From Tubiluchus corallicola (lineage: Eukaryota > Animalia > Priapulida): DNA of 64,000 bases. The notes under the pieces are model-generated. The model saw nothing but the letters and a program-made list of their open reading frames with translations. It did not search any database and was not told where the DNA came from. Each line of letters begins with the position of its first letter. The stretch's first letter is position 1. Positions 41,608 through 54,694 of this stretch are shown in pieces. The stretch lies in assembly GCA_030141605.1 (NCBI GenBank), contig JAQGDQ010000114.1, positions 496,001-560,000 of the forward strand, in the 5' to 3' direction. The position numbers were made by a program, and so were the translations under genes.

Positions 41608-42972
41608 TTAGCATTAAGAGGCGATTATGAGTCACCTATTCCAGCTAGTAGGGGTGAGCATCGAACGTTCGAATTCGATGCGAACCTAAAACTATAGATT
41701 CGAATAATTCACCACTTCAATCACATAATGTTCTTTATCATTAAAATGATTGAAACATCATGCAATTAGCATAATTTAGCTGTGATTTCTGTGCACCATT
41801 TTATTGCAGAACAAAATCGAGTTATATGCATGATCTTTGTAAGGCTATTTTTACTGGTGGTTCGAAAACTTGTTCGAAAATCTTTCAGTCTCAATTCGAA
41901 TTCGATTTGAATTCGAAAGATTGAAGTTCGATTCGAAAGTCACAAATTTGGTTCCATTCGAATTTGCTTTCTGGTAGAGAATGCTCACCCCTACCAGCTA
42001 GGGCAGCTGGACCTAAGAAATCAGTTTCTGTTACTTTCATTTCAAAAATAGTCATGCACCACAAAAAGCAAAATAATATTGTGCGAAACATGCAGTTCTG
42101 TTAACTGTTTCACCTAAACATTTACTATAAAAACGAAGAGCAAATTAGTTTTATCAATGCGACTTTGCTTCTACTAGATACCAAAAGATGCAGAGACTGA
42201 AGCAAATCTGTAGTAAGCAAAACAGTAAATGACAGCTGGGTTCCCGATAATACAGCATAATGGCGGAAAATGTTATTGTTAATTAAACTTTTGGTAATTT
42301 ATTTTGATTTACATTGTTTGCACAAAAACTTGGTGACTTGTTTTTGCGGTTTTGACCTTTTTTGGACTTTCGACCATTTTCTTTCAAGCTAGCAGCAGCT
42401 TTTTTGAATTGAGCATAGTCAAATTCATATTATTGGCTATGTTATTCACCTTAAAAAATGCCCGCTAGAATTTTATAAAAGCACTTTTCAGATTTTCCTT
42501 TTGTCTAATTATTTATGAGATAACGAAGCAATGTAGTGGTGAAACAGCGCAAACACATGTTACCATTATAGTGAAGTGTATAACCAGAGTTGACTGCAGA
42601 GCTAGAAATCGTCCAATCGTCCGACAACGTCCACTATAATGAAGGTTTACTGACATTTCTGTACCTATTTAAATCTTGTATAGAAGGCGAAAAGTCCAAC
42701 AATGATTTATTGAAAAATTCATTATGTTGAACCTGACATCTACCAACAGATTGACATCCTCATCACGTCTTGCGCTACAAAGGCACAGATGAAGCAGCAG
42801 CCAACACTGTCTTAGTATACTCTGTTCTGCCTGTCTGCTAGGGGTGAACATCGAACGTTTATGTTCAAGCTGTCTGTAGCGCAGCCGTCACTCATGCTCA
42901 ATAATCGGTTAAACTTTGCTGTTCATTCCAAAGTTTACATTTGCGAACTAGTTGATGCAAACTCACGTTCCT
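41608..42972 (+). repeat. Diverged direct duplicate of 35766-36745
   Basis: Collinear matches, e.g. TTAGCATTAAGAGGC, CTAAGAAAT..TTTCTGTTACTTTCAT, AAACACATGTTA.CATTATAGT, AGTTTAC.TTTGCGAACTAG.TGATGCA. Confidence 0.85.
41649..41993. mobile_element. hAT-type MITE, 345 bp
   Basis: Perfect 13-bp TIR TAGGGGTGAGCAT/ATGCTCACCCCTA, perfect 8-bp TSD CCAGCTAG (41641-41648, 41994-42001), subterminal TTCGAA repeats. Confidence 0.9.
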
Positions 42973-43381
42973 AGTAATCATTAGAATCATTTAAACCAAT
43001 TATTTTGTCGTCATACTCAAACGATAATTTCATTACAACGGCCATTTCCTTTGATACAGTGGAACTGACCGTGGCTAATAATATTACTACGCACGCTGTA
43101 GTTTTATTATCTAAGGAATTGACTTGATCTTCGTCCAGACGTCCAGTGATTTGCCATGTTTTAGCGTCTCGATCCCGAATGTTGTTGCTGATCTATCTTT
43201 CGCAACAAGGACTTTGTTTTTAATAAGCCGTTAACGCACAACACAGTGAAAGCACGTGTAACAGTTGTGGGAAACATTGACTGTATTTTTGTTTTTCACA
43301 ATATCTATTTCCAGATTTCTTTTGTGTCTTAAGGGTCGATGCCACGGCTTGTAATACATTTGTGATATTTTAGGTTATTAA

Positions 43382-43765
<384 letters not shown>

Positions 43766-43977
43766 TAATCTCTTGTTTTTTTGCAAACATATTATAGATG
43801 AGTAGCAGTAATTAATTTTATCCAGAAAATTTATAATTTAATTGGTATTTAGCATAACCCTGTTGAAGTCAGTATCCACAGTAGATGTTGCTGGTCTAAT
43901 GAACGCTAATGTTGATAGCTGCTGCATGATCCTCATATTAATACTAATACTAAAAAGTAGATTGCTGTGCAGGATGT

Positions 43978-44514
43978 TGTTGGCATCCTTCTGTCTTGGA
44001 AGACAATGGAATGTGCGCCAAGAGAGTCAGTTATTGATCACATTGATGGAGCTGCAGCGTCGACTGTGGCTGAGCAGTCCGATCCTTGAACGTCTCCAGG
44101 TCGCACGCCTGGGCAAGGTGTATGGAGATCCTGAGTTGCCCAGACAACAGGAACCCCCTCTCTTCCTCCCTGGTGTAGTTCAAAAGAAAGTGGAGCGATA
44201 CGTTTGGCACTAGGTTGGCTGCAGGAGCTGCCAGAGCCAGTGAGCATGCTGGACTGGTCAGCCTCCGGGGCTCCACTCCTGATTTGATAGGTTTACTCCT
44301 CTACACATGGCCGTTGGGTCACTTGACCTCCTCCACCCTCTAGCTGCTTGTACAGCTCCTCCGACTAGTGTCGAGATACAGTGTGGGCATCCCGCAAGCC
44401 TACAGCACCTGGTATTCCTAGGCGGTCACCCATCCAAGCACTAACCAGGCTCTACGTTGCTTAACTTCGGTGATCAGAAGAGAACCGGTGTTTTCAACGT
44501 GATTTGGCCGTAGT
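43978..44514 (-). mobile_element. 5S rRNA-headed SINE (SINE3-type) with RTE-like body
   Basis: 5S head followed directly by a ~420 bp GC-rich body ending ...CAGAAGGATGCCAACA. Flanked by near-identical 12-mers TGTGCAGGATGT (43966-43977) and TGTGTAGGATGT (44515-44526). Confidence 0.75.
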
Positions 44515-44515
44515 T
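44396..44515 (-). rRNA. Full-length 5S rRNA-derived sequence (probably a SINE head or pseudogene rather than a functional 5S gene)
   Basis: Reverse complement reads CTACGGCCAAATCACGTTGAAAACACCGGTTCTC...GAAGTTAAGCAACG...GGTTAGTGCTTGGATGGGTGACCGCC...GGTGCTGTAGGCTT. It has several substitutions from the 5S consensus and no oligo-T terminator. Confidence 0.85.
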
Positions 44516-44817
44516 GTGTAGGATGTATGGCATGCAAAAGGTGTGAACAGATAAAAGTAAAATAAGCCATACAATTGAAAGTTATCAATGTAATAATTAG
44601 TAATGGCTGCAGAAGTGTGAACAGCATCTAGTGATAAAAGTGTTTGTAATCATATACTTTTTATTTATGCAATTATATTTATAGTGCTTTTAGCAGAATG
44701 TAATACTCTTTTTTCAAAGTATATGTTTATCACAGACATGAAATTTACTGAGAAATTGATGCTTGCATATAGGTACATAAGGAAATTATCATAATAACTT
44801 ATAATATTTATTTAAAG

Positions 44818-45084
44818 GCACTGGTAGTGGATCATTATCTCATGCTATATTAAGGACTATTGCACCAAATGGTTTCCTTCACACATATGACTTTCACAAA
44901 GAGAGAGTCGAAAAGGCTGCTAAAGAATTTCAGGAACATGGATTTCATGGGCTAGTCAAAGTGAAATGTCGAGATGTATATTCTGAAGGATTTGATGTAA
45001 TTGCAGCCGTGGATGCTGTTTTCTTAGATCTACCCTGTCCGTGGAATGCCATTTCATTTGCCGAAAAAGCCATAAAGACAGGTG
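44818..45084 (+). CDS. TRMT61A: TRMT61A exon 2
   Basis: Completes SAM-binding motif EAGTGSGSLSHA; TYDFH; DAVFLDLPCPW; donor G|GTAAGT. Confidence 0.95.
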
Positions 45085-46110
45085 GTAAGTCTGAGCAGCA
45101 TGATAACGATGATGATTACTGATTAGTGATTCTTGAACCTAGCAGTATTTATAAATGAGTGTTTGCCATATTTTTTGGATACAGTACAACATGCACAGAT
45201 CACTAGTTCTTGGTTGGTGATGTTGTCATACTTATCCTTGAAACCTCTCACAGGCCACATTTTTCATTACGAATTTTGCATGAAGATGCCATGGACCATT
45301 GCTCAATAAACAGTGCTATTTTTTACTTTCCCAATAGGACTGCTATTATGTTATGACGTCTTCATTATACCCGGTTCCTATAAAGCATCACTTTATATCT
45401 TTTTTGTATTGAATCCGCAGAGAAGCCTATCTGGCTAGATAAAAGTTGTAAGTGTAAAAGTTGTAAATGTAAAATGTAAATCCAATATGGCCACTACTGT
45501 GATACTATGGTCGTGTTGTGATCTATAGATACACGTATGATATGGTATCCATGATTTATTGTTAAAAAGTTAAAATCTATAAATATGCCTGATAGTATTG
45601 GGATGAGGCCCAAGTTTGAATCCCGGTCGTTGAATTTTATCACTTCACAAAATTATGTTTGATGATCGATAAAAAAACAATAAACAGTGTCTCATATTAG
45701 ATCAAGCACCTAGTGCTTCCTGTCTTTTTTAAAGCTACTATTTGTGCTGCACAATCAGTACTCAAATCGAAATTTATGTGCACTGTGAGCAAATCCCCAA
45801 GTTCCATGCCAGAAGTGAGTGCACCTATTAAAACTTACATAACTAACTAACACATTAGATTCTAGATGTGATAAGGCCTTAACCGTGCTGCTGCCAATGA
45901 ATTCACTTCATTCAGATGACTACGAGAACAAACTATGTGTCAATGTACTATAATGACCATTAAAATGTTGCAAGTCTAATATAGTTGTAATATTTAAAAA
46001 TTATGTCATTATTTCTACATTAATAGGTTTAATGTATGGAAGATTAAAATGTTGTTACCCTAGCTGCTGAAACGTGAATGGAACCTAACATGTTTGACTT
46101 TACTTCGTAG

Positions 46111-46484
46111 GTGGGCGCATTTGTTCATTTTCTCCCTGTATTGAACAAGTTCAAAAAACATGTGCTGCTCTTCAGAAAAATGGTTTTAAGAATATAAAGA
46201 CAGTGGAGTGCTTATTACGGACGTATGATGTGCGAACAATACATCTGCCAAAAATGGACATAGAAGATGAAGAAGCCCTAGAAAATGGTGATCAAACTGT
46301 CAGTCGCCAAATAGAACCCACATTTGATTTCACTGGTGGAAAACTAAATAAGAAAAGTGACTCAGTAAATGGAAATCAGAAACTTGAGAGTGAATGTTTT
46401 TTAGCATGTGTTTCTCCTATGCAAACTGTGGGTCACACAGGATTATTAACATTTGCAACTCTACCTCCAAGAGGCTACCACTGA
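46111..46484 (+). CDS. TRMT61A: TRMT61A exon 3
   Basis: GRICSFSPCIEQVQ...GHTGLLTFAT...TGA; total CDS 966 nt (321 aa). Confidence 0.95.
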
Positions 46485-48967
46485 AGTTAATTTGGATTAT
46501 AATGTGGCTAAACTTTGAAGGCATATAAGTGCATGTAAGTGTAACTAAAAAAAAATAAACAAAAAATTTTATTTGTTGGTCTTATTTAAGATGTTATTAA
46601 GGTATCTTATGCCACATTGTATTTTGTCTTTAGAAGATGCCATACTATAGTTAGAGTAATATGTAAACAGAACTTTGTTACAATGCATGTTGGATTCTTC
46701 GTAGGTTATGCAGCCAGTTTTTGTCAGGTAAAGCTCACCCATATTTTGTCCATAGGCAGACGTATTAAACCAGACAAAGATAAATATCATAGGTGTATCG
46801 CGTTCCCTCCACTGATTTTTCTGATACTTGTTAGGAAAATGCATGCTAAGGTGTGCTATGAACTACCAACATCCGTACCTAAAACTGAATAGTTTAAAGT
46901 CAAAAGTCAGTGTTTGGCTTTCGAGGGCATGAGCACACGACCACTATTTTGAATTTAGAAGCACCCTATACATGTGCTGCCCACCTGCCCAAATCACATT
47001 AGCAAAATGTTTAGTTCCTAGTGTTTTCAGAGTTGACTGTTGGGCGATTAAAAATTCGTTGCTCGGAAAGTGAACAAGTAAAATCCATAACTAGAATAAA
47101 TTACTTAGTAAACATATAAAATATTTTGGCAAGTAAAATGGAGTTTTTCTTTCAAATTATTTGCTGCATTTTCCCAGTTTCCAACATCAGCACGCTGCCA
47201 TTATTGGTAACCAAATAAGGTATGCTCTCTATTGGATGATCCGTAGCATACCTTACCTAATTGCTCAGATACTGATCCCACAATACTTTTTTATTGCTGT
47301 GCTTAGTCAGTGATTAGCTCTCCAAAATTTGACGGCAGAACGACAATAATTATGTATAAGTAACTGTTATCTAGTGTTACTCTAACAATTTCTCATTGTC
47401 GGAATTGTATAATTTATTGTATTAGCTTTAAAACTGGACAGATATTTTCAGTTATTAAACTAGGAATTTGTAAGCTAGTATACTAAATATTATTCCACTA
47501 ATTCAAGTAAATGAATGGAAATTATTTTCCCTGATTTTGATTTTGTCCTTTTTATGGCCTACTTTTCAACTTTGATTTTAGTACATGCATTATTATGTTA
47601 GTGGGAGCAGTCCCCACCAACTAAGAAACTAAAAAACTTCAGAATTACTGGACTCAATATTTTAATATGCAGTGTATATTTCTTGTGTATTCTATACTGT
47701 CAGAGGCAAATATTTTTAACATTCATTACGCATTTCCGTGCCTTATGATAGAGTAGCTGGATGACAAGACTAACAAATTTGTACAATATTTAATACATCA
47801 GATTGTGCAAAGCCATTATATATACATGTAGTGTAAATAATAACAACAGGGTCACATAATGTTGTTCATAGTTATCCAATGATTCAGTTATTGGATCGAA
47901 CGAGAAAGAAAAATTGTAAAAGCGCTCTGACATCTTCCTTCGAAAATTTATAAGCAGCTTTTTATAGCTCCCCTGGATGTTTTTGAAGAGGCCAGTATTG
48001 TAAAGTCACCATGTATAAATAATTTTCTTGAAGCTGATTGGCAGCTTTTTCACTTTAAGTGCACTTGTCAAATGTCTTATTTAGAAACAATAAGCGGTAT
48101 GCCAATCTATCATTACTTGACTGGTCCAAATCTGACATAACGGTTCTAGGAGTCTAAAACCCCTTTCAGACTTGCGATAATTCTCCACGTATACCAGTAT
48201 GTCGATGTATCTGACAGTAAATCAAATGTTCTACTAATCCCTACTTATTTCTACTAATTAGATAACGACTGGAAACTATTTCTAGGCAGTTTCATCTGCT
48301 GTACTGCCCCTGGCTCATTAATTAGTTAGCTAGAGAATGTGTGTGAATCCACACATAGTCAAGACATATTTGCTGATTCAGTGTCTCATTTTAGAAGAGC
48401 GTGTTTGATACTAAGAGAGATTCTGTTCCTGCCACAGTTATCTACATAAAGTAGACACCAGTTTAAGATAGTCGAGTCACGGCCAGAACGTACCAAACTG
48501 TCAAAAATCATTTGTATTACAAAATTCTCTGCATAATAGCTTATTAAACCACACCATTAGCAGGCCAAAGTTGTAATTTTAATGAATGGGCGGAGTAACT
48601 AGGAATTTCAGTACTGATTTAGATCAATGCCAGTAACATGCCACACGTAAGGTTCAATGTCTGAACAGATCTGTACTCAAAATAAAAATTCTGGATGTGA
48701 ACTTTGCTAGCATGGTTTCATAAGCCTAAATTACGTATATTTGCTTAATTCAAGCAGAGGAGCCCCTCTAAATTTGTAAATTATCTTTTTAATAGCAATA
48801 TTGCCTAGATATACTGCAAACTATCTTTTAGTGAGTTTACAGTTCAGCTTTTACCAAATTGACAATAGCATAAGTAATTAAACCAGGTGTCCTCTGGCAG
48901 CTGTACAAAATTAAAGTTACCTACATTCTTGCACATGAGTTTGCATTTTGAGATAGAATTCAGACGA

Positions 48968-49473
48968 TTATGAAACGTTTGTCACAATCAAATCAAGCTT
49001 AGTTGCAAAAGTTTCAAAAGAAAAACTACCGAGTACTCGTTCTTTGCCTTTTTTTCCCATCACCTTGGCTAAATTAGGGTTTCTCACAAAAGTTTCCATT
49101 GCTGAAGAAAATGCTTCGGGCTTTTGCTCAACGAGAAAGCCTGTTTGACCATCGATGATTGTTTCAAGTGGACCACCAGAGTTGACAGCAATTACTGGAC
49201 ATTCACAATACATTGCTTCTACTGGTACTATGCCAAAGTGCTCGCCAACTGGCGTGTACAATAAACAGGTGCAGCTTTGCAGTAAACTAACTTTTTTAAC
49301 ATCACTTATAGATCGAAGGAACGTTATGTGGTCGCCAAGTTGATGTTTTGCAGCCATCACACACAGCTCTTCATAATGTTCTTTATTTTCGGTGACTCTT
49401 TCATCATATCCGCCAGCCACAAGAAGGTGAACATTCCTCCACTCATTTTGAGTAAGTGCATTTTTTAGTTTTC
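48968..49473 (-). CDS. ALG2: ALG2 exon 3
   Basis: AGGYDERVTEN...LLYTPVGEHFGIVPVEAM...NSGGPLET (GT4 EX7E motif), ending TAA; total 401 aa. Confidence 0.95.
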
Positions 49474-49708
49474 CTGTCAAATCCAAGAGAAAGTGAATAA
49501 GTTTCTGAATATGCCAGTTTTTTATTTATTTTTTCTCAAACTGTACAAATTAACAAATTTTTGTTTTGGTTCAGGAAGATTTGAAAAACAATCCAAATTC
49601 CAAAATAGTTGTGTTAATTTGTTAATGCTTATTGATAAGAAAAATGTAATGCTAAATTCTTTTTGCCCAAGCTACTTGCTTATTTGGAGCAACATAATAA
49701 ATGCTTAC

Positions 49709-49909
49709 CCAATGCTTTTATAGCAATTCCAACATTTTTCTTTCTCTCATATCTATTAATTGATAGGAAAATGTACTCCCTCTTTGTTGACAGAATTACT
49801 TCATCTTTGTTCTGTGATTTAGCATCGAAATTTGATGTAATTATTGATGGATACAGCACTAATGGCTCAACATGTGATAGCGTGGTAAATGTTTCTTTGA
49901 AGACACCAG
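49709..49909 (-). CDS. ALG2: ALG2 exon 2
   Basis: GVFKETF...VLYPS...FLSINRYERKKNVGIAIKAL; AG/GT borders, phase consistent. Confidence 0.93.
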
Positions 49910-50789
49910 CTTAAAAATAAAAAGAACATCATAGGCCTACATACTTATATTTTGTAACAATACATAATTATGTTTGGTAACAATTAATAAAAATTACACA
50001 TACTCAAGATCAGTAAATGCTACCACAAATATAGATTTAAGCTACTTGATAGTTCAAATGGTGTGAAAAAATATGTAGCGTACAATAATTTTGAAAAACG
50101 CAGGGGCACCAGCAAATAGATGGGATGCAATAGACAGCACTTAATAAAACCAGTTGCATTTTAGAACCATTTAGCCAAGGTCCAGAATTACCCCCTTAGA
50201 CTATATTGTTAGAAAATGCAGTTGTTAAAACCAGTGCGCGAAAAAGCAACAGCAAAAACAAAAAATAAAATGTATTTTTGGCAGCTTGCCTACATTTCAA
50301 GAGGCACAGTTGAAATTTAAATCCTGTTTCATAGATTCATCTCTTTTTAGTTCAATTCACACCGAAAGTTAAAGGCAATTGTTTCGTCATAATCACTCTG
50401 CATGTACAGCTGCTAAATTCACCTTAGTCTGTCAAATAAACTTGAATCACTGATGTACACTTGAATGTGAGTGAGCTGGCTGCCCCATATTTAATTGTCT
50501 GTGTAAGCCTATAAGCAAAGTTTTTGTATGTATTGCGTTAAATTATGTCAGACAAATGGAAACGTACGAAGTAATTAGATGCACGGGCAAAATTAGAGTT
50601 CTAAGATAAATTTAAAAGGCTGCAACCCTTTAGCCATTGGGAAGTGGCTGAGACCTAGGTTGCTTTGGTTACATGTAGGTAAAATTGACAGACAGTTAAT
50701 AAGTATGTTTTTGCAGAACTGGTGTTACATTATTTTGAGGCAAATAAATCTGTAAAAAAACAGAATGTTTTCAGTTAGAAACAGATAAG

Positions 50790-51512
50790 TCATAAGTCAT
50801 TTATTTCACATTACACATTTACAATAGTTTCATGTACAATATGTAGTGAAAGGGCCTACAATGAACGTAATACAAATGAGTTTTTATTGTTTCTGCACAA
50901 GAAAAGCCTCACACACTGTTCACCTATATACAAATGTAAATGTGTTGCGGGCAATCAAAAAGCAGGGCTTGTTAGATCCACACTGCGAAAGAAAAAAAGT
51001 AATGAAAACAATCTGAAAATTTGAAGTGAATCGTATGATAAAGAAAATATTTAGTGCTTCAGAATGGAATGATGTAATGAATGAAGCTCATATATGAGAT
51101 GATATAAAAGATAGAAAGACTGTTATTTGTTAATAGTATGCAAATTAAGATAACTTGATTAAGATACCACCACTGTTTTGCCACCACTGTGAGGATAGAT
51201 ACTAATAGCAGTTTTGATTACTCACTGGTACTTACTAAAAATTTGATTTTTTAGCATTTTTTAAAATCTAGTAATAGATCTGCTATTTTTTGCGGATTGA
51301 CAAATCTCATTCCAGACTTTTGGTCCTTGAAATATTATGAAATGTTTAGCTATGTTGGTTCTACAGAAAGGCACAATGTATTGATTATATCTTGTATTAT
51401 GTCTCTTAGATGCCAATTTGACAGGAATTGCAAAAAACTTAGGAAATAGTCTATTATTGCATTTATACATAAACACTGCAATATTCAATTTAATTAAATC
51501 ATGTAATTGCAT
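50790..51512 (-). mobile_element. 3' end of a CR1/L2-group LINE in ALG2 intron 1
   Basis: C-terminal ORF2 motif FMYK...HNTR...RTN...FQGPKVWNEI, then an AT-rich UTR ending AATAAA plus short repeats. Confidence 0.65.
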
Positions 51513-51682
51513 CTAGATTTCTGCAAAGGTTAAAAAATCCTAAACATGTTCCTCTGATTCTTTTGGCATAGAAAAACTTAAAACAAAGATAAACAAACAA
51601 ACATAATAGACAGACTAGAAAAAGACCCACAGAATATTTTGTTCCTTAAATAAAATTATAATTAGTAATGTATGAACATTCC

Positions 51683-52144
51683 TAGGTTACCAGATTGGAA
51701 TTTATACATGCCTTAACACCCAGACCAATATATTATATAAAAAAGCAGAGACATAAGTTAAAAACATTAAGCAAGAATTTTAATGGGTTGTGAGGAAAAC
51801 AAAAGTAAAATCATTTGAAAATTATTTAAAACAAGCTCAAAAAAGAAATTCTGTGAAAGTGAAGTGATTTGAAAATATTTATATAATACATGCAAAAGAG
51901 AAATATTATTATTATTTAATCGTTACATTTCGCTTGTTTTCATCAAGAGAATGTGAGAAGAGAAACTATAATTACTCATAAAGTTACTACTAAGAACTGT
52001 ATGAAGGTAGTAAAAATCTATTTTTATCGCGAAAACTAACTAAATACGGGACATTTGGGTGTCCCTGAAAGGTTAGTACGGGACAGGGGACAAAATGATC
52101 AAATATGAGATATATTCCATATATAAAGACGTCTGGTAACCCTA
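51683..52144. mobile_element. hAT-like MITE
   Basis: Ends TAGGTTACCAGA / TCTGGTAACCCTA; flanks AACATTCC and CACATTCT (6/8 match); CGGGAC subterminal motifs. Confidence 0.6.
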
Positions 52145-52995
52145 CACATTCTACATAATGTTTGTTTACATTTTTAGTCATTAAATTTTGGTAATGGTAA
52201 TAGGCTGACAATTATACATATTTATATACTAAGGCATCTTATAAGACTACATACATGTATAACAGTATGAGCTAAATTTATAGACAGCATTACACAGTTT
52301 TCCAAGTGAGAATTTCTTGAAATAGAATGTAGACTAACTCACAGTTGTTTGACCTAGCGGCAATAACAAAAAGGAATTACTCTAGTCAAGTAGCCAAGTT
52401 CTCCTCTTTCCAAAGAGTATAACACTCCCTCTAATATCTCCATGAAGTGATTAACGAATGTTTGTGGTGTTCAGTCAAGTTCAGAAAAAACAGACAAAAC
52501 GCCTATTTTTTGGCAGTTTTTACCACTCCCTTTCTCCAAGAATCTGAATCAAAATGCATGTTTCTTGCTCCTTACCCACCTGACAGCTTCATGGAAAAAA
52601 GTAAAGTAGTGTTTGCGCAATAGGCTGATACTGCTATGACAGACAAAAAACAAACAAATAAACATGTCAAATCATAACTTCCTTAGCAGTGGTAAAAATA
52701 TGTAAATTATCCCCCACCGTAACCAAACCTAAAGCTCCTATTTTACAAGTGTGCCATTGTTTTTCCTATTTTTTCCATTTATGCCCTTTTTCCTGTGCCA
52801 GTTTTGCATGTGCCATTTTTACCATGCATCAGTGTGTGTAAGCATAATACCATATTAATTATGGTGAAACACTTACATAATCTACTTTGCTAATACACGC
52901 GCCTGCAATACGCTGTCGCATAAGAAAACTGCCGTTTACCAAGACTACTTATTGCTGGTCCTGTGGTAGTTTTATTAAGGAGCAACTACTGTATA

Positions 52996-53799
52996 CAGTA
53001 AACTTTGTTATAATGCCAGGTCTGGGACACCACAAAATATGGCGTTGTAGCAGGATTGGTGGTAACGTGAGATTCATCAAACATTAAACCCATTCTACTG
53101 TGCAACCTCGATTTTGTTTCCTAGTCAATTTTAATATGTGATATGTCAATACAAGTGTTTTACTGCATTAACAGTGTAGTTCTACAGCAGTACCTTGCAA
53201 AACTTTCACCTAATACAGCGTGGAGAAGTAAAATTGTGAAATACTGGTTATAAGAGAAATATGCACCAATGCAGCCCATGCTCCCAACGTAACATTACTG
53301 GACAATTAAAACTATGAATAGCTGCTGCACATAATTTGACCTTGAGTCGAAGCAGTACAGCTTTAACAGCCTTCAAGTTTAAATCAGTAATATCAATTCA
53401 GTGACGAGCCTTAGCTACGCAACTTTTGTAAGTAAAAAAATGGATGCTCCTTGCTCAAAACCTCAACATTCACTTTCATACAATCACTTGGTACGAAACC
53501 TAAATTATGTGTGAAGTCTTAATTTAAACACCTTTTTATGTTCAAAGATCATTGTTTTTATAATACAAAAGATGGCTGCTTTTCAGCAGGAATTCATTGT
53601 ACTTTACCTTGCTGGCATTATAACGGGGTAGATTTATTATGTAAAATGGACTTTTGCCACAGCAGGTATGTTGGCGAATGGCACTAGGCGAAGTTGGCAG
53701 TGTTCGCTATATTTGATACATATGAAAATCCGAACAAGCCAAAAGTTGACATTATATCGAGGCTGACATAATTAGGGGCGGTATAATGAGGTTTGACTG
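52996..53799. mobile_element. pogo/Tigger-like MITE remnant
   Basis: Imperfect TIRs CAGTAAACTTTGTTATAATGCC / GGCGGTATAATGAGGTTTGACTG; TA on the left flank only. Confidence 0.45.
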
Positions 53800-54195
53800 C
53801 ATTATAGAACAACATTTATTTACCACGATATTGTTGAACAGTACATACAATCAAACTTCATTAAAACGCCTTCCTTTATAATGCCAACCTCAATTAATTC
53901 TCAAATTTCTTTAACAAAATGAAATATCTAAATTGCATAGACATGTATGTCTTAATGCACCTTGTTATAATGCGAGACTTGCTATAAAGCCAACTTTAAT
54001 GCAGACCAATAGTAGGCGGTGTAAAGAGGTTTATATGTGTCAAATATAAGAAACAACTGATTTGTCAGATAATTATCTCTAGGATAAATTATTATTAGGT
54101 AATACTAATAGTTTTGGCAAACTAAACTAAATATTTGCAGCTGCAAAATGACTTACAAGTCCAAAAAATTATTATAGTGACTTGAAGCAACTCAC

Positions 54196-54694
54196 CAGTG
54201 AATTTACTGTTTACTAACACACGATCAGCTAGTCCAGTAGAAACTTCCTCTAGCCAATCGAATGGCATTCTGTAAAGCTTCTTTATGTAACTTTGCCTTT
54301 TTGTCAACAACTGGTCAGGAAAGTGACAGTAGAATATAACTTTCGCATTTGTTAATAATTTTAGCAGTGGAATGCACACAGATATTTGATCAGCAAAGAT
54401 GACATCGAATTCACAAGGTTTACACAGCACCAGATATAATGTTGCATATATCATACGCAGGTAAGCAAACAGTGCATGCAGAATTCCAAATAAACTTCGT
54501 GGCAACCAGTCTCCAGCTGTGGTAACAGTAAGGCAGCCATTAATGGTTTCTTTAAAACAGTGCGAGGAGTCGTGATGAGCCGTAACACAGTGAACTCCAT
54601 GGCCTTTTGACTTTAGAGCCACTGCAGCGTCCACAACCAATCGTTCTGCACCACCTATTCCTAAGTCAGGATGAAGGAATGCGATGTTTACCAT
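54196..54694 (-). CDS. ALG2: Alpha-1,3/1,6-mannosyltransferase ALG2, exon 1
   Basis: [24 protein letters not shown]...[11 protein letters not shown]...VNSKFT; donor G|GTGAG. Confidence 0.95.

Noticed and set aside
44396-44515. Functional 5S rRNA gene
   Set aside because: Single intronic copy with substitutions, altered first nucleotides, no oligo-T terminator, and fused to a SINE-like body.
43842-44627. ORFs of 69-123 aa inside TRMT61A intron 1
   Set aside because: Incidental open frames in the GC-rich SINE and 5S sequence, with no recognisable domain.
45585-45635. tRNA B-box-like GTTTGAATCCCGG
   Set aside because: No cloverleaf or clear A-box; at most a highly decayed SINE head.
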